Shown: positions 47,703 through 57,961 of the stretch, piece after piece
Position numbering within the stretch: the stretch's first letter is position 1
Layout of the letters: each line of letters starts with the position of its first letter
DNA from: an uncultured Candidatus Saccharibacteria bacterium
Lineage (GTDB): Bacteria; Patescibacteriota; Minisyncoccia; Phycocordibacterales; JACNGX01
Assembly: GCA_964621395.1 (NCBI GenBank)
Contig: CAZULS010000001.1
Coordinates: forward strand, 64,615 to 128,614
Direction of reading: 5' to 3'
Length of the DNA stretch: 64,000 nt
The notes under the pieces: model-generated
Told to the model about the DNA's origin: nothing
Seen by the model: the letters and a program-made list of their open reading frames with translations, nothing else
Database searches by the model: none
Program-made: the position numbers and the translations under genes

Positions 47703-48227
47703 TCAATGAAGACGATACACCGAATCATGTTCCCAAGAGTCTTGGAGATATTTTTTCGTCTTCAGGGAAAAAGCAGACACCCTCATTTTTTCTCCAGCAT
47801 ACGAATGAGAGAGGGTTGGTTTGCACTCTCCTCTATTTAAGCTGAAGTGAGGGATATACCAGTTCCCGCCAATGTCGCGCGCCATTTTATCAAAGAGATC
47901 AGGACTTCTATCAAGATCTCTGAGACTACTCAAGAGATCTCCGTGGAGATGCCAGAGTGGAACGGGTCGAGTGGTTTGTAGCGCCCACACCTTCTTCCCA
48001 TCTCTTCCCAGAGAAATAAGGTCTCCTATTTCTAGGGTAAATTTTTTACGCCTTTGCGCGATTTTCTGCAGGGCTTCTCGGACATTCTCTATGTTTTCAT
48101 CATGTGGAGTAAAACGCCACAGAATTATGTGGTACCCGCTTGGAGGAGGGTATACATATTCGGATGGTTCGTTTTCGAGAAGATCAAGAATATGTCTGGA
48201 TAGCTCAAGGCAAACAAGACAGTGCAT
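47703..48227 (-). CDS. 2H-phosphoesterase / 2'-5' RNA ligase-like protein
   Basis: Two spaced His motifs, YHIIL (divergent) and PHFSL. Confidence 0.55.
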   Translation of the reverse strand: MHCLVCLELSRHILDLLENEPSEYVYPPPSGYHIILWRFTPHDENIENVREALQKIAQRRKKFTLEIGDLISLGRDGKKVWALQTTRPVPLWHLHGDLLSSLRDLDRSPDLFDKMARDIGGNWYIPHFSLNRGECKPTLSHSYAGEKMRVSAFSLKTKKYLQDSWEHDSVYRLH

Positions 48228-48510
48228 AGCTACGTGTTTTGTTGTTGTGCAAGATTTCTTCCGATATCCTACCCAAAACATGCCGAAGGTGCAAGGGAAA
48301 TTCTTTTTGTCATCCCGCACTTGATCCTAAATCGCAAGCGTCGGATACAATGCGGGATCTCGAGAGTATTGTTTCAAGAAGTGACGGCAAGTGAAGAGAA
48401 GCAAGAAAAGCACGGCAACCGAAGGTTGCCGTGCTTTTGTATGCTTAATTCGTAACTCGTAATTCCCTAGGCCGACCGTGCCGGTTGCACGGGCTAGGCT
48501 TTATTCTGCT

Positions 48511-50079
48511 TTACATTTCCCACACCTGCGGTCGATACCGCAGTGCTTCAAGAACATGTCGTTCTTCAATGGTGTCGGAATTGTCCAAGTCGGCGATGGT
48601 GCGGGCGACTTTGGTTGTCTTGTGATAGCCGCGTGCTGAGAGTCCGAGTGATTTCGCCGATTGTGTGAGGGTGTTGCGCGCCGCTTCCCCGAGATGCGCA
48701 TGAGCATCAATCATGCGCGCAGACATATCGGCATTGGTACGCGCCGGTGTGTCTCTCAGTCGAGATGCACTTTTCTCCCGTGCGCCTTCCACCCGACTCC
48801 TGAGAGTTTCGCTCCCTTCCCCCCGAGGTGCTTCAGCAGCAAGCTTTTCATGATTGATAGCATCAACCGACAGCCACATATCAATGCGATCCATAATCGG
48901 CCCTGACAATTTTTTACGATAGGACAGAAGCTGGCTCTGGGTGCAGGTGCAATGTTTACTTGAGCCAAAGTTTCCACACGGACACGGATTCATTGCCGCG
49001 ACCAAAATAATATTTGCGGGAAACGTTTCGGTGCCGCGCACACGGGAGACGGTCACAATACTGTCTTCAAGTGGCTGGCGTAGTGTTTCAATCACCCGCT
49101 TATCGAATTCAGGGAATTCATCCAAGAAAAGTACGCCGCGATGCGCGAGGGTGATCTCACCCGGCTTCGGTACTGAGCCGCCACCGATGATTGCCGTGTG
49201 TGATGCGGTATGATGTGGTGCACGAAATGGCGCAGTAGTCTGGAGTACTTCCTCTAAAGCACCCGCAATAGAATGGATGGCGGTTACTTCAAGCGCATCC
49301 TCAGGTGAGAGCGCGGGCAAGATGCCGGTGAATGCTCGGGCAAGCATGGTCTTTCCGGTACCCGGAGGACCATACATGCACACATTGTGTCCGCCCGCTG
49401 CCGCGATTTCGAGCCCGCGCTTGGCAGATTCTTGCCCGCGCACATCACTGAAATCGACATGGCTTTTTGTGTGAGAGATAACGATGGGTGTTGGCGGTTG
49501 AGGTTGCAACAGTACCTTCTCCCTTCTTTTCTTATCCTTTTTCTCTAGAGGTGTTTCGTCGATGTGATTAATGATATCAAGAAGCGTGTGTGCCGGATAA
49601 ATGGCGATGCCATCAATGAGTGCTGCTTCCTCGGCGTTTTCGAGAGGGACGAAGACCGATTCAAATCCTCTCTTCCGCGCCTCGCGCACAAGCGCCAATA
49701 TTCCTTTTTGCGGGCGCAGTGTCCCGTCGAGGGCAAGTTCTCCCAAGAAAAGTGTCTTTTCCGGATGAAAGATAATTTGTTCATCGGCGAGAAGATATCC
49801 GAGAGCAATGGCGACATCAAAAAGCGGACCTTCTTTGCGAATGTCCGCCGGGGCAAGAGAGACAACTGTTTTTTGCTGACTTGATTTCGGTGAGGAGAAG
49901 TCGATATTTTTAATCGCGGCACCGACGCGATCGCGCGCCTCTTCCACCGCCTTGTCGGGGAGTCCAACAACAGAAAATGCATATAGAGTGTTTTTTACAA
50001 TGTCGGTTTCCACATTGACGATTGTTGCAGAAAGTCCGACAGTCTGGGCTGCATATACACGAGAGAAGTGAGTACTCAT
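48511..50079 (-). CDS. comM: YifB/ComM Mg-chelatase-like AAA+ ATPase
   Basis: VGLPDKAVEEARDRV, LGELALDG, GPPGTGKT, FRAPHH, LFLDEFPEF, AAMNPCPCG. Confidence 0.95.
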   Translation of the reverse strand: MSTHFSRVYAAQTVGLSATIVNVETDIVKNTLYAFSVVGLPDKAVEEARDRVGAAIKNIDFSSPKSSQQKTVVSLAPADIRKEGPLFDVAIALGYLLADEQIIFHPEKTLFLGELALDGTLRPQKGILALVREARKRGFESVFVPLENAEEAALIDGIAIYPAHTLLDIINHIDETPLEKKDKKRREKVLLQPQPPTPIVISHTKSHVDFSDVRGQESAKRGLEIAAAGGHNVCMYGPPGTGKTMLARAFTGILPALSPEDALEVTAIHSIAGALEEVLQTTAPFRAPHHTASHTAIIGGGSVPKPGEITLAHRGVLFLDEFPEFDKRVIETLRQPLEDSIVTVSRVRGTETFPANIILVAAMNPCPCGNFGSSKHCTCTQSQLLSYRKKLSGPIMDRIDMWLSVDAINHEKLAAEAPRGEGSETLRSRVEGAREKSASRLRDTPARTNADMSARMIDAHAHLGEAARNTLTQSAKSLGLSARGYHKTTKVARTIADLDNSDTIEERHVLEALRYRPQVWEM

Positions 50080-50146
50080 GAGTATAGTATATCAGGGAGT
50101 TGGTGCGTTAGTAAGTTGATATTAAAAATTTCAGCACCAAAAGTAA

Positions 50147-50614
50147 TTATGCGGCACGTTCCTTGTGAGTGACGTCCGATATTCGCGCGATATGGAGAGC
50201 AAGGGTATTACTGTTGAGATGACTGAGTTCTTCGTCGGAAATGTATGTAAGGAAAAATAGAGGACTGCCTTCTTCAGGTTCTTGACCACTTTCTTTTAAG
50301 GAGTTCATTAATGCTTTTGTCGCCTCCTTGACTGCTTTTTCAAATACAGCGTGCACATTCTTTTCTTTGTCTGTATTTGAGAGACCTTTAGAGAAGCCTT
50401 TTTCCTTAAGCTCCGTAAATGCTTCCTGAAAATGCAGTGCAGCATTGGTCACCTTGCGGTACAATTCGGTCCATTCTTCTCCCCGAGTGTTTGCGAGAGT
50501 TTCGAGCTCTGAAAGGAAGAGTTCCGTTTCTTCGGGGGTGAAACGATGAAATTCCCTCACTTTTTCTTCAGAAGTAGTAGGTTCGTCTTGAGGCGCTTCT
50601 TCGTGTGTGGCCAT
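50147..50614 (-). CDS. Hypothetical acidic protein
   Basis: 155-aa ORF filling the gap, co-oriented with neighbours. Confidence 0.65.
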   Translation of the reverse strand: MATHEEAPQDEPTTSEEKVREFHRFTPEETELFLSELETLANTRGEEWTELYRKVTNAALHFQEAFTELKEKGFSKGLSNTDKEKNVHAVFEKAVKEATKALMNSLKESGQEPEEGSPLFFLTYISDEELSHLNSNTLALHIARISDVTHKERAA

Positions 50615-50667
50615 ATGTGGAGAGGAAAGGGCGCGGACATTTTATGTCCGCGCCCGTTTCAAGATAG

Positions 50668-51027
50668 TTAATCATTCATGTGTGCCTTGCAGGTACGTGC
50701 CGCCGGATTGGCTTCCAGGCGATCTTCTTCAATCTTTGCGCCGGAGACTTCGCAGACGCCGTAGGTGCCTTCCTCGATGCGGAGGAGGGCGGCACTCACT
50801 TCGGCGAGACGTGCCTCAAGCGGCGCGCTCACTCCGATACGATTGGCATATTCTTCAATAGCATCGGCGCGAATGTTTTTATCCGGATCGGCATTATCCA
50901 TATCTTCCGGCGGGGTTGCTTCCCAGTCGCCGGAATTATTCGGATTCTTCTGACCAATATCACTCAATTCTTCTTCCAATTTCGCGCGCTCGGCAAGGAG
51001 CTTTTGTTTGTAGGTGTCGGTATTCAT
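50668..51027 (-). CDS. TraR/DksA-family protein
   Basis: ALLRIEEGTYGVCEVSG..IEEDRLEANPAARTC. Confidence 0.88.
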   Translation of the reverse strand: MNTDTYKQKLLAERAKLEEELSDIGQKNPNNSGDWEATPPEDMDNADPDKNIRADAIEEYANRIGVSAPLEARLAEVSAALLRIEEGTYGVCEVSGAKIEEDRLEANPAARTCKAHMND

Positions 51028-51179
51028 ATATCACAATATAGCACGGGTGGCGGCGGGTGTCCATGTAGCTGAGAGCTTATAGCTTCTAGCTTATAGAAGA
51101 CATACAATAAAAGCGCGCGGTAGCGCGCTTTTGAGTGTCGCGAAGCGACACTACCAGCTGCCACATACCGGCAACCATT

Positions 51180-52571
51180 TTACAATTCTCGGCGTTCTTG
51201 AATCACACGAGCAATAACCTCATCAATGGTATCAATGCTGGTACTTATAATCAGCGTGTCTCTCCCAAAGAATGTGTATGCGAGGACAATTGCCCCACTT
51301 CCATCACGCAATACGCGCATGTCTCTGTTTTTGACGAGATAATCTTCCCACGGTGCGGTGTAGACACTTCTTTCAACCTCCGTGCCGATAAGGGGGAGAA
51401 AATCATCAGGAAGATCTTTTTCCCACTTGAGCATGTTGGAGAATGCGCTGTCGAAGTCATTGGTAAAGAAGAGAAGGAATGCCTGATTACCGTTCCAGGA
51501 GTGGATACCAAACATATGCTCTCCTTCAAGAGCGCGAAGCATGTCGGGAGGAATGAGCCCTCCAACGAGTATGGAGAAACGCTCCGTGTCGGCGATTTGC
51601 CGATAAGGATTTTCTTTCGGATCAATGGGTTCGATGAGCTCGGTAAGATACAGATATTCAATAGCGTCCGGCGGCAAAGCAACATTTACAACTTCTTCGG
51701 TAATGACGGTGCGAAGTTTTCCGGTGGAGAGTTCATCAGCTTTAAATTCGACTGATTTTTCAATAAATATGGAAGCGGTTACTCTCGGCTCAAGGAGGGA
51801 AAGAACTGTGTCACCGGTAAAGATATACCATGCGCCTGTCGCAATCACTCCGACGCTGAGGATGATAAGAACAATACTCCCCCACATAAACGAGTTGTGT
51901 GCTTTTTTCTCACCAACGGCAATCTCTTCCTTTTCTTGTTTGACGTTGTGTTCGGCGAGGACCATTTGCACCATTGAGGTTTTGTTCCCTTTCATTGCTT
52001 CAGCGATATCCGATTCAAACGTGCGCAAACTTTTGAGCTTGTGTGCTTTACCGACTTCCTCGGCTTTTTTGTGACCGCGCCTGGTTGCCTCCTTTTCTCG
52101 CTTCTGTGCCATCTCTTTACTCTCTTCAGCCGCCTGCTTTTTTTCGCTCATGACATTGGAAGCAAAGAGAGGGTCACCTTCTATGGTGTCTCTTCTCACA
52201 ACTTTGGGATCAACGACTTCCTTTTCTCGTTTGATTTCCCCGGCGATGGCTGTGAGGTGTGGAGCGGCACCGCGGGAGATCGGTGATTTCACACTCTTCT
52301 TTCTGAGCTCTTTTGCCACCGATGTGTCCGGGACAGTTGTCGTGCTTTCAGATGTTTGTGGGTTTTGTGAAACAGCACGCTCCTCTTTCTGTACTTCATT
52401 CTTGGGAATGGAAGAAAAAGCGGCAGGTTCTTCTCCCCGCATCATGGCGTCGAGATCGACAGGTTCGCGATATGAGGTGTCTGCCGAAGGAGACGTCGAC
52501 TCAGAAGACGCGGCGGCGTTTGTACTGGGAGAAGGAGTATTTGGTTCGTCCGGGAGTTGAGTCGGTTCCAT
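51180..52571 (-). CDS. Single-pass membrane protein with disordered N-terminus
   Basis: LRTFESDIAEA, one TM, AFSNMLKWE...KNRDMRVL C-terminal domain. Confidence 0.75.
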   Translation of the reverse strand: MEPTQLPDEPNTPSPSTNAAASSESTSPSADTSYREPVDLDAMMRGEEPAAFSSIPKNEVQKEERAVSQNPQTSESTTTVPDTSVAKELRKKSVKSPISRGAAPHLTAIAGEIKREKEVVDPKVVRRDTIEGDPLFASNVMSEKKQAAEESKEMAQKREKEATRRGHKKAEEVGKAHKLKSLRTFESDIAEAMKGNKTSMVQMVLAEHNVKQEKEEIAVGEKKAHNSFMWGSIVLIILSVGVIATGAWYIFTGDTVLSLLEPRVTASIFIEKSVEFKADELSTGKLRTVITEEVVNVALPPDAIEYLYLTELIEPIDPKENPYRQIADTERFSILVGGLIPPDMLRALEGEHMFGIHSWNGNQAFLLFFTNDFDSAFSNMLKWEKDLPDDFLPLIGTEVERSVYTAPWEDYLVKNRDMRVLRDGSGAIVLAYTFFGRDTLIISTSIDTIDEVIARVIQERREL

Positions 52572-52639
52572 TACGTGTAGTATACCAAAAAGAGGTGTGT
52601 GAAACGAGAGAGCAAGTAAAAAGACCGGAGTGTGTCCGG

Positions 52640-52975
52640 TCAGTTTTCTGTGTAATAGGGGAAAGAAAAAAGTGAAAAAGGCACCAGTCTTTCAAGACAT
52701 GCTCGAAACCGTTCTTGATTCTCTGGACGAGCAAGAAAGTTCCCTAGCCGTGTTCCGCTGATAACTTCAGAAGGGTTGATATGAAGAGCGCAACATATGT
52801 GAGTAACGCCCTTTATAAAAGAACCGCATCCCCTGCCCTCCTCGATATCTAAAATATCTTCTTTCGATATACCAGTCAGAAGAGAGAGCTCGAGTCGTGT
52901 TTTGTCCTTCTTTTTCCTTTCTTTTTGTATTCTTTCCCCAATGAGTATCCTTTCGGACCGTAGGTATATGCTCAT
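52640..52975 (-). CDS. XRE-family helix-turn-helix protein
   Basis: IGERIQKERKKK..TRLELSLLTGISK..I.DIEEG. Confidence 0.75.
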   Translation of the reverse strand: MSIYLRSERILIGERIQKERKKKDKTRLELSLLTGISKEDILDIEEGRGCGSFIKGVTHICCALHINPSEVISGTRLGNFLARPENQERFRACLERLVPFSLFSFPYYTEN

Positions 52976-53122
52976 GGTACAGGTTGTATTTGTGTAGTGA
53001 AAGAACCTCTTTATTCAAGGATATAAAAAAGAAGGATTACATGCAAGGACAGTGTACAAGAAAAACATGCGCGCGGCCGAAGGCCGCGCGCATGTTTTGT
53101 CTTTACACAGTGAAACCTTTTT

Positions 53123-55318
53123 TTATCTCCTCTCTCCTCGTCCGCCTCCGTGAGGTCCGCGATCATCTCTCCTCTGAGGGCGCGAAGGCGCTTCGGAAGG
53201 TTTGACACCCTTCTTTTCGGCATAGGTCGGATCAGCTGTTTTGAGTGACAGGCGCAATTTCTCCGGATCATCAGAAGGGATGACCACCACCGGAATCACC
53301 TCCCCTTCTTTCACCACGTCGGAGACATTGCCCACGCGAAACGGCGCGAGCTCGGAGACATGCACGAGTCCTTCGGTATACGGATTGATTTTCACTAATG
53401 CGCCGAAATCGAAGATTTTGATGACCGTTGCATCGAAGCGCTCACCGGGGTGGTATTCGCGGGTCATGTCGCTGATTGCTTCATAGGCTTTTTCTGCACT
53501 GCCGTTTTTACCGGTAATGTAGACGGTGCCATCGTCTTCAATTTCAATTTCGCTGGTACCACTGTCTTCACGAAGCTTCTTGATGGTTTTCCCCGACGGG
53601 CCAATCACCTTCCCAATCTGATCTTCAAGAATGGTGAGTGTGAGAATCTTCGGCGCCGAAGCGTGAATGTCTGCACGCGGTTCGGAAATCGCCTTTTCAA
53701 TGACATCAAGAATGTGCAAGCGAGCCGCCTTCGCCTTTTCAAGCGCATCGCGCAAGATGGCCACGGGAATACCGCCGATTTTAATATCCATCTGAATAGC
53801 GGTGACACCCTCTCGTGTGCCGGCAACCTTGAAGTCCATGTCGCCGTGATGATCTTCCGGTCCTTGGATGTCGGTGAGGATTTGTGTGCGTGATGCGTCT
53901 TCAAAGTCGGTCATGAGTCCCATGGCAATTCCCGCAACCGGTGCTTTAATCGGCACACCCGCATCCATAAGCGCAAGGGTTGAGCCACACACCGATGCCA
54001 TGGAGGTGGAGCCATTGGAAGCAAGTGATTCGGAAACAATACGAATGGTATACGGGAATGCGTCTTTTTCGGGAATCACATACGAGAGTGCTTTTTCCGC
54101 GAGCGCTCCGTGTCCGATAGCGCGACGATTCATACCGCCCATGCGCCCTGTCTCTCCGGTGGAGAATGGCGGGAAGTTGTAGTGGTGCATGAAACGCTTC
54201 GCGGCGTCTTGCTCTTCCATGCTGTCGATGAGCTGTGCATCGCGCGGACCGCCCAAGGTGAGCGCTGAGAGCACATGCGTACCACCGCGGTAGAAGATAC
54301 CGGTGCCGTGAATGGAAGGTGCAATACCGCCCGCTTGTGCAAAGAGCGGACGCACCTCATCCATACCGCGTCCGTCGACACGCTTCCCTTCTTTGGTGGC
54401 ACCGCGGTGAATCTCCGCGTCTACCTGCTCCTCATAATATTCTTCACACAAGCCTTTCGGCTCTTCCGGAAGCGCCTCAACAACCGCATCCATCCACATA
54501 TCTTTGAGTGCATGAAGACTCTCCTTGCCCGGCTTTCCCGAGAACACATACTCGGTGAGTTTCGGCGCGATTGTTTCCGTGAAGAGCGCTTTTGCTTCTT
54601 CAGAAATGTGTGCAATCTCAACCACGCGCTTTTCTTTCCCCACAGAGGCAATGATGTCGCTCTGGAATTTTTCTATAGCGGCGATTTTCTCCACCGCTTT
54701 TTCCAAGCCTTCGGCAATGGCAGTTTCGGCAGCTTGTGATGCGCCGGCCTCAATCATGTTGATATCACCTCCTTTGCCACAGACGGTGAGTTCCAGATCA
54801 CTTGCATTTCTTTCTTCAAAGGAAGGGTTTACGATGAAAGCGCCGTTTTCTTTGGAGCGAGCAATACGCACAGCACTCACCGGTCCATTCCACGGAATGT
54901 TTGATGTGGCGAGTGCGAGAGATGCAGCATTGACCGCGAGAATATCGGAATCAGTATCGCCGAGTGAAAGCACGGTGGTAACCACCTGCACTTCATTGCG
55001 GATACCGTGATCAAACAGCGGACGAATGGTGCGATCAATAATACGGCCGGAAAGGATTGCTTCTTCCGACGGACGCCCTTCCCTTCTTTGAAAACGGCTC
55101 CCTAAGATTTCTCCCGCAGCATAAAATTTCTCTTCATAATCAACGACCAACGGGAAGAAATCGATGTCGCGTGTGGAATCCGACATCACCGCGGTTGCCA
55201 GAACAACAGTGTCGCCGTAGCGGAGGATAACGGAGCCATGCGCCTGGTCCGCCAAATCGGTACATTCAGCGACCATCTTTTTGCCGCCGATTTCCGTCTC
55301 AAATGTTTGTTTTTCCAT
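53123..55318 (-). CDS. pnp: Polyribonucleotide nucleotidyltransferase (PNPase)
   Basis: FFPLVVDYEE, RIIDRTIRPLF, HHYNFPPFS, SNGSTSMASVC, GDMDFKVAGT, KH and S1 domains. Confidence 0.98.
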   Translation of the reverse strand: MEKQTFETEIGGKKMVAECTDLADQAHGSVILRYGDTVVLATAVMSDSTRDIDFFPLVVDYEEKFYAAGEILGSRFQRREGRPSEEAILSGRIIDRTIRPLFDHGIRNEVQVVTTVLSLGDTDSDILAVNAASLALATSNIPWNGPVSAVRIARSKENGAFIVNPSFEERNASDLELTVCGKGGDINMIEAGASQAAETAIAEGLEKAVEKIAAIEKFQSDIIASVGKEKRVVEIAHISEEAKALFTETIAPKLTEYVFSGKPGKESLHALKDMWMDAVVEALPEEPKGLCEEYYEEQVDAEIHRGATKEGKRVDGRGMDEVRPLFAQAGGIAPSIHGTGIFYRGGTHVLSALTLGGPRDAQLIDSMEEQDAAKRFMHHYNFPPFSTGETGRMGGMNRRAIGHGALAEKALSYVIPEKDAFPYTIRIVSESLASNGSTSMASVCGSTLALMDAGVPIKAPVAGIAMGLMTDFEDASRTQILTDIQGPEDHHGDMDFKVAGTREGVTAIQMDIKIGGIPVAILRDALEKAKAARLHILDVIEKAISEPRADIHASAPKILTLTILEDQIGKVIGPSGKTIKKLREDSGTSEIEIEDDGTVYITGKNGSAEKAYEAISDMTREYHPGERFDATVIKIFDFGALVKINPYTEGLVHVSELAPFRVGNVSDVVKEGEVIPVVVIPSDDPEKLRLSLKTADPTYAEKKGVKPSEAPSRPQRRDDRGPHGGGRGERR

Positions 55319-55327
55319 GAGTATATG

Positions 55328-55395
55328 CTCATCGACACATGGCAGCGCTGAAAAAATCGTGAAATCGATTTCAACACCGGGCATGTGGCGATGAG
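55328..55395 (-). promoter_or_regulatory. Long stem-loop in the pnp 5' leader
   Basis: ctcatcgccacatg...catgtgtcgatgag, ending about 10 nt before the ATG. Confidence 0.6.
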
Positions 55396-55427
55396 AAAGT
55401 AAAATGATGAATAAAATATGAAAGACA

Positions 55428-55527
55428 CCTGACACCACTTTTACATTTCTGTTCTCTGTATGAACGCAATTAGTTATTGGTTGTTTTGCAAATAAACACG
55501 TTTGGGAGAAGCGAAAGTGGTGTCAGG
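55428..55527. repeat. ~100-bp hairpin element
   Basis: cctgacaccacttt...aaagtggtgtcagg perfect 14-bp IR, 100 bp. Confidence 0.7.
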
Positions 55528-55668
55528 CGCGCGTAACATGATGGAGTATACCCCAAAAACACCTCACCCAGAACCCCTTGACTTTTAAAATCAAGTATGC
55601 TATCATGGGGAAAGAAAAACGGGGTAGTAAAACCAATAATAATGTAGTTTGAAACAAAGGAGATAGTC

Positions 55669-56337
55669 ATGTTATTAGCGTTTACTCTCTGGTTTGTTGT
55701 GTTTGTGGTATTGGCGATTGTTGCCGCGGTAATGAGCAACAGAGCCGACGAAGAGAAGGAAAAGTGGCGCGAAAGGACCTTGAACGGTGTCGCGTTTATT
55801 ATTTTCCTTGCGGGACTGTTTTCCGCTCTGTACATTGAATACCCTGCGTATAACGGCAAAATTGTTGCCGTCAAAGATGGTAACGTCGTCGCTGAATATC
55901 CTGCGGGGGTATTCGAACCCCTTGCGAAGGGAAAGCTTGTGCGAGTTTTAGGGGGAGAGCATAGAGTAAATTACTCCTCTTTGCGTTTTTACGACAAGTA
56001 TCCTTTTGTCGCGGAGCTCGCAGGAGTAGAACTCACTTTGCGTGTGCAAGACGAGGAAAGGTATGCTATCACGCGTGCCGCAGAAGACGGTTTCAGATAC
56101 ACCGTGTTGCTTTCTTTGGAACAGGAAGTGGTTGCACTCCAAGTACGGTACGGGAGAGCAAATCGTGATAATCCTTCTCTTGGAGGATACGAAAGATTCA
56201 TGAAAAGAGGTATCGCCTCTTATCTCAAACCAAGAGGTTTGATCATGACAGATTTCGTGGTCGCTCATTCAAACTTTGAGGATATGGAGGAGCGCGAGAA
56301 GGAAATGGACAAGCTCGAAAAAAGCAGACGCAGGTAA
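55669..56337 (+). CDS. Two-TM membrane protein (ORFan)
   Basis: TTGACT-17-TATCAT promoter, SD AAGGAG, terminator at about 56354-56390. Confidence 0.75.
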   Translation: MLLAFTLWFVVFVVLAIVAAVMSNRADEEKEKWRERTLNGVAFIIFLAGLFSALYIEYPAYNGKIVAVKDGNVVAEYPAGVFEPLAKGKLVRVLGGEHRVNYSSLRFYDKYPFVAELAGVELTLRVQDEERYAITRAAEDGFRYTVLLSLEQEVVALQVRYGRANRDNPSLGGYERFMKRGIASYLKPRGLIMTDFVVAHSNFEDMEEREKEMDKLEKSRRR

Positions 56338-56544
56338 TATCCAACAGCAACAGAAATGCCCCCGCAGGTTTCGGCCTTCGGGGGATGTTTATTTGTATAC
56401 AAAAGCAGGGGTGTGCTGTGCACGCCCCTGCTCTTTTACTCTTAGATCCCGCATCACCCACGTCGCCAAGGCTTTGCGGGGCAAGCGTGCGGGATGACAC
56501 ACAACAAAAGGGCGCGCAAAGCGCGCCCTTTTGTTGCCGTCCGC

Positions 56545-57270
56545 TTACGCAAATCGTTTGATTTCCCGTTCCAGCGCGGTTTTGAAATCGCGAATGATTC
56601 TGTGGTGGTCCTTGGGAAGAAACGTTTTGAGTTCCGCGGAAAAATCAATATCACTCGCGCGCAGCGCGCCAATCACGTCGGCAAACAGCTTCGTTTTGTC
56701 CGTCTTTTTAGGAAGCATATTGCGGCGGAGTAAAAAATAAAAATCGTAAAAATCACGCGGCTTTTTGCGCGAAAGAAGTGCGTCTATTTTTCCCGCCACC
56801 AAATCTTCTTCGGCAAGTTGCACGAGCGTGTAGTCAGGAATCATGGCACTTGTGACAAGCGTTGCTGTTCCGCGCGTGTTTCTTTTTCGAAGCGATATTT
56901 CGGTGCGTATCGGTATTGTTTCATCGCCGAACAAAAAGCGCATAATGGAAAGATGTCCGCCACTCGTTTTCTTGACTTCGTCCAGTGCTACATTCGCGCC
57001 GCCGCGCTGCATGTCTTCAAGTGCCGCCGCAATCGCGTCTTCAATGCCACGTACGTTGTTCTCCGAAGCATCAAAATCCAAATCTTCGGAAAAGCGCGGA
57101 CTTCGGTATAAAAGCCGCAGAGCGGTACCACCTTTGAAATACAGCGCGTCAGCGTGCGGGGATCGATACAGCGACGAAAGAAAAAGATGCTGGACATATT
57201 CGCGCCGTACGTTAAGTTCGGACGTGCGCAGCGCGTGGGAAAGACGAGTGATTGCGTCGGGTGAAAGCAT
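56545..57270 (-). CDS. abiEii: AbiEii-family nucleotidyltransferase toxin
   Basis: FKGGTALR..Y.SPRFSEDLDF, KIDALLSR.KPRDFYD. Confidence 0.92.
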   Translation of the reverse strand: MLSPDAITRLSHALRTSELNVRREYVQHLFLSSLYRSPHADALYFKGGTALRLLYRSPRFSEDLDFDASENNVRGIEDAIAAALEDMQRGGANVALDEVKKTSGGHLSIMRFLFGDETIPIRTEISLRKRNTRGTATLVTSAMIPDYTLVQLAEEDLVAGKIDALLSRKKPRDFYDFYFLLRRNMLPKKTDKTKLFADVIGALRASDIDFSAELKTFLPKDHHRIIRDFKTALEREIKRFA

Positions 57271-57274
57271 ATTA

Positions 57275-57886
57275 CTACGTGAGAGAACGGATAACGGTAT
57301 CGAGTTTTTTTCTGTCAAACAATGTCGCATACGACCGTATTTTATGGTGGTTCAGCCGCGATATGTTCACGCGGTCGTTCATGGTTTTTTTTCCGAGGGC
57401 GACAAAATACGCGTAGTCAACAAGAGCTTTTTCCGGCTCCGCGATGTACACAATGTGTCCGTCAATCGTTTCGGGGACATAGCCTGCGTACGCGCGCGGC
57501 TTGATGGTGGCGTATGTGAATGTTTTTTCATTCACGGAAAACGACGCGGTTGTTTTCGGCGTGACGGACGTGATTGCGTACGGCATCTCGGGAATAATGC
57601 CGAACCGCGCGAGCGCGTATTCGAGAGAAATGTACGAGGGAACGTACAGAGCGTTTGCGATGACTTCTTCCGACGGCATGGCGTGTGCAAGCGCGTAGAG
57701 TCCTTTTTTCAGACGTGTAAATAGTCCGCGCTTTGTGTATGTTTCGAGAAAATATTTTGTCTGCGTCGGCGAAAGGGAAAACAGCCGCCGGATGTCGCGC
57801 GGAGAAAAGACGGCAATATCGTTCTCTTGCAGCGCACGCTGTATTGCCAGCGGTTGATCAAATTTTGATTTGCGAAAAGTGTACAT
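57275..57886 (-). CDS. abiEi: AbiEi-family antitoxin / transcriptional regulator
   Basis: N-terminal wHTH RLKKGLY, PSYISLEYAL..GIIPE, ITSVT, IAEPEKALVD. Operator-like IR tgtaaa-c-tttaca at 57888-57900. Confidence 0.9.
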   Translation of the reverse strand: MYTFRKSKFDQPLAIQRALQENDIAVFSPRDIRRLFSLSPTQTKYFLETYTKRGLFTRLKKGLYALAHAMPSEEVIANALYVPSYISLEYALARFGIIPEMPYAITSVTPKTTASFSVNEKTFTYATIKPRAYAGYVPETIDGHIVYIAEPEKALVDYAYFVALGKKTMNDRVNISRLNHHKIRSYATLFDRKKLDTVIRSLT

Positions 57887-57961
57887 ATGTAAACTTTACA
57901 CAAATAATTTTATACCGGTGCGTATGTGCCGTCAAGCGCGCAAACAAAATGGTTGACGTAC

